60,696 nt of DNA from Candidatus Sulfobium sp. (GTDB taxonomy: Bacteria; Nitrospirota; Thermodesulfovibrionia; Thermodesulfovibrionales; UBA6898): assembly GCA_037380845.1 (NCBI GenBank), contig JARRRI010000001.1:1-60696 (forward strand), written 5' to 3'. Shown here piece by piece: positions 1 to 8,351 of the stretch. Positions within the stretch are counted from its first letter, which is position 1; each line of letters starts with the position of its first letter. The translations under genes were made by a program, and so were the position numbers. The notes beneath the pieces were generated by a model. The model was given only the letters and a program-made list of their open reading frames with translations. It was not told the DNA's origin and searched no databases.

Positions 1-246
1 CCCGGGCGAGGATACCTCCAGCACATAAGGCGAATGTATAGGGTCCTCCACATCGAGAACGGCAGACAAAGCCCTGCTCACCCTTTCGCAGTCGTCGAGC
101 GTCACACCTTCCTCTTTGTCTATAAATACTCTCACAGTCGGCTTCCTCAAGCTCCCGGCAATCTCGACATCGACCACGCGGACGCCGTTTTGCGACGCCA
201 CCGAGTCGGCGAGTCCGGTAATCATCTTTGTTACTTCTTCCTCCAT
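1..246 (-). CDS. rimP: Ribosome maturation factor RimP (5' part; runs off window edge)
   Basis: Not in ORF track. Manual translation from ATG at 246 gives [82 protein letters not shown], with the RimP motifs VxIDK..GVxLDDCE.VS and YxLEVSSPG. Confidence 0.93.
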   Translation of the reverse strand, partial: MEEEVTKMITGLADSVASQNGVRVVDVEIAGSLRKPTVRVFIDKEEGVTLDDCERVSRALSAVLDVEDPIHSPYVLEVSSPG

Positions 247-256
247 ATATAAAACA

Positions 257-280
257 AAAGAGTGGGAATGCCCACTCTTT
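257..280 (-). promoter_or_regulatory. rimP-leader-like hairpin
   Basis: Perfect 10-bp stem AAAGAGTGGG-aatg-CCCACTCTTT about 10 nt upstream of the rimP start, as in the widespread rimP leader motif. Confidence 0.65.
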
Positions 281-448
281 GACAGTAAAAAAACGGTTCG
301 CTAATTAATTATAGCAATAAGCCATGAAAATTTCAAATGGAATTATAAAGAAAGGCATGGCAACAAGCTGTAAGCCGGCAGGCCCGCAAGTTACAGGCGG
401 GCAAGCTCAAAGAGGACGATCAGCCATCAGCTCCCCGCCGATTTTACC

Positions 449-583
449 AGAATCTATCTAAAATATGACTCCGTTTGCGTTATTCCCGCGAAGGCGGGAA
501 TCCATGTTTTTCAAGGTTTAAAATGGACCCCGCCTTCGCGAGGGTGACAGATTTTCCTGAAAGTCGATTTTGAGACAGGTTCT
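449..583. mobile_element. MITE-like element family A, copy 1 (carries REP-like palindrome)
   Basis: Ends AGAATCTATCTAAAA...TTTTGAGACAGGTTCT form an imperfect TIR. The internal ATTCCCGCGAAGGCGGGAATCCATGTTTTTCAAGGTTTAAA...CTTCGCGAGGGTGAC.GATTTTCCTGAAAG.CGATTTTGAGACAGG is nearly identical to 2432-2591. Confidence 0.7.
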
Positions 584-613
584 CCTTAACTATTTACTAC
601 TTACTATATACTA

Positions 614-2209
614 TTACTTGTTGCGGTCTCTAAAACGCAGAACCCTGCCGGCGAGTTTCCCCGTTACCGTGCCGTCCCATAAGGCCGGGACCCCGTTTAC
701 CAGGACATAGCGAATGCCTTCCGGCCTTCTGAAGGGTTCATCAAAGGAAGCGGCATCCAGGACCTTTTCAGGATCAAAGACCGTGACATCGGCCCACATG
801 CCCTCCGCCACCCGTCCCCTCCCGGCCAGTCCGAATGTGAGCGCAGGCAGCATGGTGGCCCTGTATACGGCCTCGGAAAGCTCCATAAGTCTCTCCTCCC
901 TCACATATCTCCCGAAAAACCGGGGGAACGTGCCGAAGGTCCTCGGATGAGGCTTCCCCGTCATCGTAGGGCCGTCGAAGCACCTGGCAGAACTGTCGGA
1001 GCCTATCATGCAAAAAGGCAGGGAGAGAAACTTTCTGAGGTTATCCTCGCTCATCGACCGGAATATGGCCCCCACCCTGAGGTTTTCCCCGACGAGCAGC
1101 CTGAACAAAAGATCTGTCTCATCCAGTCCGATTTTACCGCTGATATCGGCCAATGTCTTCCCTTCCATCCATTTGTTCGCTTTTGATACAACCGAAGAGA
1201 TTGTCACCCGCTTCCAGTATTCACCTGAAAGGACCTGCCCGGTCAGTTCCTTTACTATATTCGCTCGCGTCGCGTTGTCTTTCAGTCTTTTCATTTCTTC
1301 TTCACTCCCGCCTGCATAAACCCAGGGAGGAAGGATGGCGTCCAGATCGGTGCTCGATGCTATATACGGATAGCGGTCGCAGGTCAACGCCGTCCCCGAC
1401 AGCCGGGCCTCTTCCAACATGGCGCAGACCCTCCCGGCCTTATACCAATTTACCTCGCCGGCCGTTTTGATATGCGAAATATGTACTTTGACACCGGTCT
1501 TTCGCCCTATCTCTATCACTTCCCCGACGGCCTCCAACAGGCCGTCTCCTTCGCTCCTCATGTGGCTCGTATAAATGAGCCCCTTTTCTTTCAGAATTTT
1601 CGACAGCTCCACAAGCTCCCCTGTATCCGAGTAAACACCGGGAGGATAGATAAGACCTGTAGAGAGGCCGATAGCCCCCTGGTCAGTCGCCTCCTTCAAC
1701 AGGCCGGACATGTCAAGCATCTCCCGCCCCGAAGGCGGCCCGTCCCCATACCCCATGACGGAACCGCGAATATTTCCATGTCCTGCAAGAACGGCGATGT
1801 TCAGGCCGATGCCCCTGCTTTCTAGGAGGATAAAGTATTCTTTCAGGGTAGTCCACCGTTCCCGGATCCCCAGTTCCACCAGGTCTCCTTCTCTTCTTTC
1901 CCGCGTCATTCCTGAAAGCGGAGCTGCCGACATCCCGCAGTTTCCGTTGATCTCGGTGGTTATCCCCTGACAGACCTTGCCCTCGGCGCGGGGATCGGCA
2001 ACGAGCGTGAAATCCGAATGGGCATGGGTATCGATAAAACCGGGAGAGACCGCCAGCCCCCGGGCGTTAATAGTCAAATCCGGGTCTTCTCCGGGGAATT
2101 CCCCGACAAATGTTATCTTTCCCCCGGATATCCCGATATCGGCCGAAAAGGGAGGAGTCTTCCCCCCGTCATAGACCACCCCGTTCTTTATAAGCAGATC
2201 AAGTTTCAT
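614..2209 (-). CDS. N-acyl-D-amino-acid deacylase (D-aminoacylase, amidohydrolase family)
   Basis: PGFIDTHAHSD, GITTEINGNCG, GLSTGLIYPPG, HMRSEG, SHIKTAG, IGSD and PHPRTFGTFPR motifs. Confidence 0.9.
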   Translation of the reverse strand: MKLDLLIKNGVVYDGGKTPPFSADIGISGGKITFVGEFPGEDPDLTINARGLAVSPGFIDTHAHSDFTLVADPRAEGKVCQGITTEINGNCGMSAAPLSGMTRERREGDLVELGIRERWTTLKEYFILLESRGIGLNIAVLAGHGNIRGSVMGYGDGPPSGREMLDMSGLLKEATDQGAIGLSTGLIYPPGVYSDTGELVELSKILKEKGLIYTSHMRSEGDGLLEAVGEVIEIGRKTGVKVHISHIKTAGEVNWYKAGRVCAMLEEARLSGTALTCDRYPYIASSTDLDAILPPWVYAGGSEEEMKRLKDNATRANIVKELTGQVLSGEYWKRVTISSVVSKANKWMEGKTLADISGKIGLDETDLLFRLLVGENLRVGAIFRSMSEDNLRKFLSLPFCMIGSDSSARCFDGPTMTGKPHPRTFGTFPRFFGRYVREERLMELSEAVYRATMLPALTFGLAGRGRVAEGMWADVTVFDPEKVLDAASFDEPFRRPEGIRYVLVNGVPALWDGTVTGKLAGRVLRFRDRNK

Positions 2210-2241
2210 AATCAGCTGGTAGCTATTAGTAAATAGTAAGT

Positions 2242-2595
2242 AGAACCTGTCTCACAATTGATTATTATGCTTATCCGGTTGATACAGCACGTTGTCATTC
2301 CCGCAAGCGAAACGTGTCGGGAATCCTTCTGAAAACAAAGAAAGATTCCGGACAAGCCGGAATGACAGATCAGGCCAATTCTGTGTCAACCGGATAAGCA
2401 TATTGATTATTTAACATTATGAGTTCGCGTGCGTCATTCCCGCGAAGGCGGGAATCCATGTTTTTCAAGGTTTAAATGGACTTCCGCCCCTGGTCGCCTC
2501 CGGCGCCGCCGCGGCGGGTAACCCGCCGTGATTCGGGCGGGTAAACTTCGCGAGGGTGACGGATTTTCCTGAAAGCCGATTTTGAGACAGGCTTT
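2242..2595. mobile_element. MITE-like element family A, copy 2, containing nested insertions
   Basis: Left end AGAACCTGTCTCA (2242-2254) is the inverse of the right end TGAGACAGG (2583-2591); the body matches 449-583. Confidence 0.7.
2266..2402. mobile_element. Nested 137-bp MITE (family B) with 22-bp TIRs and 8-bp TSD
   Basis: TATGCTTATCCGGTTGATACAG...CTGTGTCAACCGGATAAGCATA (21/22 inverted match), flanked on both sides by TTGATTAT (2258-2265, 2403-2410). Encloses a GTCATTCC...GGAATGAC palindrome pair. Confidence 0.8.
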
Positions 2596-2621
2596 ATTCA
2601 CTATTCACTATTTCCTGTTTA

Positions 2622-3248
2622 CTACTTACTTCTCACTTCTCCTTTTTCAAAAAAGGTTTCCGGCGACTGCAGGCTTTTTACAAACATGGGCAGGAGGAAG
2701 GCAGCAATTACTCTAGCCCTGCCCCAGAAGCCTTTCGCGTCAGCCGTCTTCATATTTTCCCTGTATGTTTCGAGAGCCATGTCCTTCAGGACCGGAAAAC
2801 ACTTCACCGTAAGACCCATCGTCTCGAAAAAATCCTTTACGGGCAGACCGATCTTTTCCAGGGGGCCCAGGAGCCTTCCGAGGGCCTCGATGGTCTCTTC
2901 GGATTTTGCAGAAGCCATCATGATCTTGGCGCCTGCTATCATGAACAGGACCCTGAGCGTCCTTACGGCGGCGATATCGATGCCCTCACCGGTGAGAGTC
3001 ACCGGTCCCCAGGAAAATACTATCTTCCCCGGCCTGCCGACCACATTACTGATAAACGTATAAGAAAGGAAAATACTTATCGGTATCCATCCCGCCTTCA
3101 CCGTCCTGAAGGGGATTCTCACCAGCAGCAGGGCCAGCACGGCCATGATCAGGAGATAAACAGTGAGATCTGCGACCACGAACAGGAAGATGACGAAGAG
3201 AACGTAGAGGATAATCCTTGCTTCGGGCTTAATTCTTCCTGGAATCAA
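2622..3248 (-). CDS. Energy-coupling factor transporter transmembrane component T (EcfT/CbiQ-like)
   Basis: Hydrophobic helices, KPEARIILY N-terminus, and EGIDIAAVRTLR and EALGRLLGPLEKIGLPV typical of EcfT. Start estimated at TTG 3248. Confidence 0.75.
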   Translation of the reverse strand: MIPGRIKPEARIILYVLFVIFLFVVADLTVYLLIMAVLALLLVRIPFRTVKAGWIPISIFLSYTFISNVVGRPGKIVFSWGPVTLTGEGIDIAAVRTLRVLFMIAGAKIMMASAKSEETIEALGRLLGPLEKIGLPVKDFFETMGLTVKCFPVLKDMALETYRENMKTADAKGFWGRARVIAAFLLPMFVKSLQSPETFFEKGEVRSK

Positions 3249-4401
3249 ACGGGCTCCCGACCCCGGCAACCGTCTGCGGGCCGGCCTTCGACATATATTT
3301 TTCAATCCCGTCCGCGATCGATTTCGCCAGGTGCTCGCGGTAGCGCGTCCTGGAAAGAAGCTTCTCCTCATGTGGATTGCTTATAAAAGAGACTTCAACC
3401 AGAACGGAGGGCATCCGTGCGCCGAAGAGCACATAGAAAGGGGCCCACTTGGTGCTGAGGTCTACTATTCCGCGATATTCCCTGCTCAGCTCATCTACCA
3501 GTGTCTTCTGAATATAATTCGCCAGAAGGAGAGACTGGTCCCTCTTGTTCTCACGCATCAGATCGCCCAGCATGATGTCAAGCACATCGTTATCCTTTTT
3601 CATATTCTTCATGTTCTTCAGAGAAATCTGGTTCTCGCGCGCCGCAACCTTTATGGCTTCCTCGTTGTCAGTCCAGTTCAGAAAGTAGGTTTCGACGCCC
3701 CGGGCGTCTTTGCTGTTGCTTGCATTCGCGTGGACGGATACGAAAAGGTCGGCATTCTTGCTGTTGGCGATGGCCGTTCTCTCTTCGAGCGGAATGAATT
3801 CGTCTTTGTCCCGCGTCAGATACACCTTCAACTTAGGATTGGCCGAAAGTATCTTCTTCAGTTTCAGGGAAATGTCCAGGACGACGTCCTTCTCATAGAG
3901 GTTATTGGGGCCGATGGCCCCCGGGTCGTGTCCGCCATGTCCAGGGTCTATGACTATTATCTTCTTCCCCGACCGGAGAGGATGGCCATAGATATCTATG
4001 ACGACCCTGGCGGGGTCGTCCAGGGTGATCACCCTGTAGTCCCTGATCTTTCCGAGGTCAAGGACGACCCTGACCGTTTCTTTACCGAACTGGCTGGTCC
4101 GCACCGACCTGAGCATTCCGTTTCCGACGGCAATTTTCCTCTTCAGGGCCGGGCCGACCCGGCTGTCCATGATATCGAAAAAAACCCTGTCGGGGTGGGA
4201 AAGACGATGCTTCGAAAACCCGGTGTTGCCGGAAAGGTCTACTACCAATCTCGTATAGTCCGGATATGACCAGTAACGGATTCCTTCCACAGTGACTTCA
4301 GGCTGTGCAAGGGACACTGCAGGGAAAAGAAGAATTGCAGCCAGGAGGACCGCCGGTAAAATTTTCACCGCCTTTACGCCGGCCGGCCGAATGTCATTCA
4401 A
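3229..4401 (-). CDS. N-acetylmuramoyl-L-alanine amidase (AMIN + Amidase_3, AmiC-like)
   Basis: Signal peptide, AMIN repeats (YTRLVVDL, VRVVLDL, PARVVIDI), and IDPGHGGHDPGA, SVHANA and PSVLVEVSFISN motifs. Confidence 0.92.
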   Translation of the reverse strand: MNDIRPAGVKAVKILPAVLLAAILLFPAVSLAQPEVTVEGIRYWSYPDYTRLVVDLSGNTGFSKHRLSHPDRVFFDIMDSRVGPALKRKIAVGNGMLRSVRTSQFGKETVRVVLDLGKIRDYRVITLDDPARVVIDIYGHPLRSGKKIIVIDPGHGGHDPGAIGPNNLYEKDVVLDISLKLKKILSANPKLKVYLTRDKDEFIPLEERTAIANSKNADLFVSVHANASNSKDARGVETYFLNWTDNEEAIKVAARENQISLKNMKNMKKDNDVLDIMLGDLMRENKRDQSLLLANYIQKTLVDELSREYRGIVDLSTKWAPFYVLFGARMPSVLVEVSFISNPHEEKLLSRTRYREHLAKSIADGIEKYMSKAGPQTVAGVGSPFDSRKN

Positions 4402-4416
4402 AGTATGCCTCCGAAC

Positions 4417-4650
4417 TTATACCGCCTGGACATTTCTTATTTCCGGGATCTCCTTCCTGATGCTGGTCTCGACCCAGTTCTTCATGGTAAGAGCCGACAT
4501 GGGGCAGGTCCCGCATGCGCCTTTGAGTTTGACGTAAAGGACACCGTCTTTCACATCCACCAGTTCGATGTCTCCGCCTTCGGTCCTCAGGCCTGCTCTC
4601 ACCCTCTCCAGGGCATCTTCAACCCTTTTGCGGAAGTCCGGCGTATCCAT
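4417..4650 (-). CDS. Stand-alone NifU C-terminal (Nfu) domain Fe-S carrier
   Basis: GGDIELVDV...LKGACGTCPMSALTMK, the Nfu CxxC motif. Confidence 0.9.
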   Translation of the reverse strand: MDTPDFRKRVEDALERVRAGLRTEGGDIELVDVKDGVLYVKLKGACGTCPMSALTMKNWVETSIRKEIPEIRNVQAV

Positions 4651-4823
4651 AATGTCTACATGATAAAAAAATATGAGCTAATATTCAAGTATTTTATCAC
4701 CCTTTCATCCCTTTCCCCTTATAAATAATGATTTCCCAGCCAACGCGGGTGATGGGGAACAGGCTATGGCCAACGAAAACAGAGACCGTAAATCGTGGGC
4801 CGTCAAACATAAATCCCGTCTTT

Positions 4824-4880
4824 TACCTATTGCCTTTTGCCTCTTGCCTATTGTCTATTACCTCTTGCCTCTTACTTGCC
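4824..4880. repeat. Degenerate heptamer tandem repeat (TTGCCTA/TTGCCTC-type)
   Basis: ttacctattgccttttgcctcttgcctattgtctattacctcttgcctcttacttgcc; the same unit occurs at 8222-8345. Confidence 0.7.
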
Positions 4881-4911
4881 CGCGCCGATATTGTTTAGTA
4901 TCATTAGTACT

Positions 4912-7014
4912 GTGCTCGACTCACTTTTCTATCCCCGCTCAATAGCTGTAATAGGGGCTTCGCATGACAAAGGAAAAGTCGGATACTCGGTTTTGCATAA
5001 CCTGAAGAGGTTCGGCTATGAAGGGCGGATCTTCGGTGTCAACCCGAAAGCCGGGGATATCCTCGGGACGAGGGTATTCCCGGACATTCACAGCGTAGAC
5101 GACGAAATAGACCTGGCCATAGTCGTTATTCCCGCACAACACGTTGCCGGTGCACTCAGGGACTGTGCCGATAAAGGTGTGCGGTCGGCGGTCATCATAA
5201 GCTCCGGGTTCAGAGAGGGGGGCGCAGAGGGTGCCCAACGGGAGGAGGAACTAAAGGCCATCGTAAGGGAAAGCGGGATGCACGTTGTCGGTCCGAACTG
5301 CCTGGGTATCATCAATACATTCAACAGCCTCAACGCGACGTTCGCCGCCGGCATGCTTCCGAAGGGAAGGATGGCTTTCTTCTCACAGTCCGGCGCTCTC
5401 GGTATAGCAATACTCGACTGGGCCATCGGGAACAGGATCGGCTTTTCCAAGTTCATAAGCCTCGGGAACAAGGCCGACCTTAATGAGACCGACTTCATCG
5501 AATACTTTATCCAGGACCCGGAGACGGACATCATTCTCGGCTACGTGGAGGACGTAGTGGAAGGCCGAAGGTTTCTTCGGCTCGCAAAGGAAGCCTCCAG
5601 AGTCAAGCCCATCATCCTGGTCAAATCCGGCGGCACCCGTGCCGGGGCGAGGGCGGCGTCTTCCCATACGGGAGCGCTCGCCGGCTCCGACAGCGCCTTC
5701 GATGCCGCCTTCAGACAGACGGGTATTATACGAGCCGGGGGAATAGAAGACCTCTTTGAAACGGCAAAGGCCTTCAGCTGCAAGAAGGTCCCTGCCGGCA
5801 ATAACCTCCTGATAGTCACCAACGCAGGAGGTCCAGGCATCATCGCCGCCGACACCGCTGAAAAATCCGGGATAGCCCTCCCCGCCCTCTCCAGGGAAGT
5901 GATCGGGAAGCTTTCCTCTTTTCTCCCCAAAAATGCTTCGCTATACAATCCCGTGGATATCATCGGGGATGCCTCGGCCGACAGGTACTCGGCTGTGCTG
6001 GAGGTCGCGATTGAGGACAGCCGCATTGACGGTTTTCTCGTCATCCTGACACCGCAGGCAACGATCAGCGTGGAGGACGCGGCAGAGGCGGTTATGAGGT
6101 CGTCTGCCGTGTCGGACAAGCCCTTCATCACATGCTTTATGGGAGAGGAGAGTGTGCGTTCTTCCGTTGAAAAGCTGAAGAGGGCTTCAATTCCGAATTT
6201 TTCCTATCCGGAACCGGCGGTCCAGGCTTTCCGGAAGCTCAGGGACTACGGCCAATGGGTAGGGAGAGAGAAAATCCAGACCACCGCAATAGTCGCTGAC
6301 AGGGCTTCCGTCTCAAAGGTTATACGCGAAGCAACAGAGAAAGGCCGGTTCAACCTGACGGAAAACGAATCACGAATGATACTGGGCTCTTACGGCTTCA
6401 GATTTCCCGCCAGGTATCTGGCGACCGATCCCGGCGAGGCGGCTGCAGCCGCAGAGAAAACAGGGTTCCCCGTTGTAATGAAGGTCTCATCGCCCGATAT
6501 CCTGCACAAGACAGACGTCGGAGGAGTGAAGCTGGGAATACGTTCAAAAAAAGAAGCCAAAGCGGCGTTTACCGAGATTACTCTGAACGTCAGGAAATTC
6601 ATGCCTTCCGCTTTCATAGAGGGAATCTCCGTTTATGAAGCGGTCCCCGGCGGCAAGGAAGTCATAACGGGAATAACGTATGACAGGACGTTCGGCCATA
6701 TGATAATGTTCGGCCTTGGCGGAATATATGTCGAGATACTCAAGGACGTCTCGTTCAGGATAGTACCGCTCGACGTGTTCGACGCCCGGGAGATGGTCCA
6801 TGAAATCCGCTCGTTCCCCCTGCTGAAGGGCACCAGGGGGGAAAAGCCCGTCGATATCGATGCCATAGTCGAGGCCATACTCAGGCTGTCGGCTCTCTCC
6901 TGCGATTTCCCGGGCATTCAGGAACTGGACATCAACCCCCTGGTGGTAACCGAAAAAGAGACGACGGCACTCGATGCAAGGATAATAGTGGGCGGTGAGG
7001 AGCCTGAAAGATAA
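4912..7014 (+). CDS. ADP-forming acetate/acyl-CoA ligase, fused alpha-beta
   Basis: LFYPRSIAVIGAS CoA-binding fold, GPNCLG, SQSGAL, ASSHTGALAG phospho-His, and C-terminal ATP-grasp (HKTDVGGVKL, ELDINPL). True start is probably GTG 4912. Confidence 0.9.
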   Translation: MLDSLFYPRSIAVIGASHDKGKVGYSVLHNLKRFGYEGRIFGVNPKAGDILGTRVFPDIHSVDDEIDLAIVVIPAQHVAGALRDCADKGVRSAVIISSGFREGGAEGAQREEELKAIVRESGMHVVGPNCLGIINTFNSLNATFAAGMLPKGRMAFFSQSGALGIAILDWAIGNRIGFSKFISLGNKADLNETDFIEYFIQDPETDIILGYVEDVVEGRRFLRLAKEASRVKPIILVKSGGTRAGARAASSHTGALAGSDSAFDAAFRQTGIIRAGGIEDLFETAKAFSCKKVPAGNNLLIVTNAGGPGIIAADTAEKSGIALPALSREVIGKLSSFLPKNASLYNPVDIIGDASADRYSAVLEVAIEDSRIDGFLVILTPQATISVEDAAEAVMRSSAVSDKPFITCFMGEESVRSSVEKLKRASIPNFSYPEPAVQAFRKLRDYGQWVGREKIQTTAIVADRASVSKVIREATEKGRFNLTENESRMILGSYGFRFPARYLATDPGEAAAAAEKTGFPVVMKVSSPDILHKTDVGGVKLGIRSKKEAKAAFTEITLNVRKFMPSAFIEGISVYEAVPGGKEVITGITYDRTFGHMIMFGLGGIYVEILKDVSFRIVPLDVFDAREMVHEIRSFPLLKGTRGEKPVDIDAIVEAILRLSALSCDFPGIQELDINPLVVTEKETTALDARIIVGGEEPER

Positions 7015-7164
7015 GCCATGTACAAAACGGCAAAGAAGATTCACCGCGGAGACACAGAGAGCATCTTTCATGAATTTTTTATTTGTCTTAAATGCCTCAG
7101 TACCTCTGTGCCTCAGTGTAAAATTCTTTCCCATGCCGGCAAGGCCGGTTGAGAGGAGGTTTGC

Positions 7165-8229
7165 ATGCAGTATTTATACATTGCCTCAATGTCGGGATTT
7201 TCCGGCAAAAGCCTCGTCACACTGGGTCTGGGCCTTCTGCTGAAAGAAAAAGGGTACAAGGTGGGGTTTATAAAACCCATCGGCAGGATCCCCGTCAGGC
7301 AGGGGAAGCTGCTTATCGACGCCGATGCGGAATTTATGAGGAAGTCCCTTGAACTGCCGGAAGACCCCGCCATCGTGTCGCCTTTTGTAGTGACATACGA
7401 GGTCCAGAACAAGGCCCTGAGGGGCAGGCCTTCAGACAGATTCGATGTGGTCAAAAAGGCCCTGGATTCCATCGAGGACAAGAACGTGGTCCTTGTCGGC
7501 GGCGGCGCCAGCCTGTTCGAAGGCTCTCTCTTCGGGATCAGCGGCCTGAGGCTCATTTCCTATCTGGCCGCCAAAACGCTGGTCGTGGAACCCTGGAGCG
7601 GAGAAGATTCCATTGACTCCATAATAGGAGCAAAAGAACTGCTCGGCGACAATTTTGCCGGCGCCGTCATCAACAAGGTGCCGCAGAGCGCCCACGACTA
7701 CATAAAGAAGTATGTGAGGCCCTTTCTTGAGAAGAAGAAGATAAACGTCTTTGCGGCCCTTCACAGGGACATACTCCTCGATTCTATCACCATCCGGCAG
7801 TTGAACGAAATACTGAGCGGAAAAGTCCTCTGCTGCGAAGAAGCTCTCGACAACTTCATAGAGAATTTCTCCATAGGGGCAATGGACGTGGACAGCGCCA
7901 TCAAGTACTTCAGGAGGACCCCGAATAAGGCCGTTATCACCGGCGCAAACAGGTCGGACATACAGCTTGCCGCTCTCGAAACGTCAACTAAATGCATAAT
8001 CCTGACCGGCGGAATGTATACCAACGACGTCATCATCGGCAAGGCAAAGCTCTCCGGCGTCCCCGTAATATCGGTCCACGACGATACCTTCACCACAGTG
8101 GAAAAAATCGAATCGGTCCTCGGCAAAATCCGGATCAGGGAGCAGAAAAAAGTCGTGAAGACCAAAGAGATCGTAGAAAAGGAATTCGATCTGAAAAGGC
8201 TGCTGAAAGAACTGAAAATCGGGCAATAG
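7165..8229 (+). CDS. Phosphotransacetylase N-terminal-like protein (BioD-like P-loop + DRTGG)
   Basis: SGKSLVTLGLG P-loop, GFIKPIG, and DRTGG-type VITGANRSDIQLAALE..CIILTGG. Confidence 0.85.
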   Translation: MQYLYIASMSGFSGKSLVTLGLGLLLKEKGYKVGFIKPIGRIPVRQGKLLIDADAEFMRKSLELPEDPAIVSPFVVTYEVQNKALRGRPSDRFDVVKKALDSIEDKNVVLVGGGASLFEGSLFGISGLRLISYLAAKTLVVEPWSGEDSIDSIIGAKELLGDNFAGAVINKVPQSAHDYIKKYVRPFLEKKKINVFAALHRDILLDSITIRQLNEILSGKVLCCEEALDNFIENFSIGAMDVDSAIKYFRRTPNKAVITGANRSDIQLAALETSTKCIILTGGMYTNDVIIGKAKLSGVPVISVHDDTFTTVEKIESVLGKIRIREQKKVVKTKEIVEKEFDLKRLLKELKIGQ

Positions 8230-8345
8230 GCAATAGGCCATAGGTTATAGGCCATAGGTTATAGGCCATGGGAGATAGCCCAGGACGGTGAACCATGAAC
8301 CGGTTTGCCGATCTGTCTTTGCCTCTAGCCTATTGCCTATTGCCG
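8222..8345. repeat. Heptamer tandem repeats in inverted arms between convergent genes
   Basis: GGCAATA/GGCCATA/GGTTATA units at 8222-8270 and inverse GCCTATT units at 8321-8345. Confidence 0.7.
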
Positions 8346-8351
8346 GCTTTT

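Noticed and set aside
4837..4911. N-terminal extension MPLAYCLLPLASY… of the acyl-CoA ligase
   Set aside because: It is a translation of the heptamer repeat; homology starts at GTG 4912.
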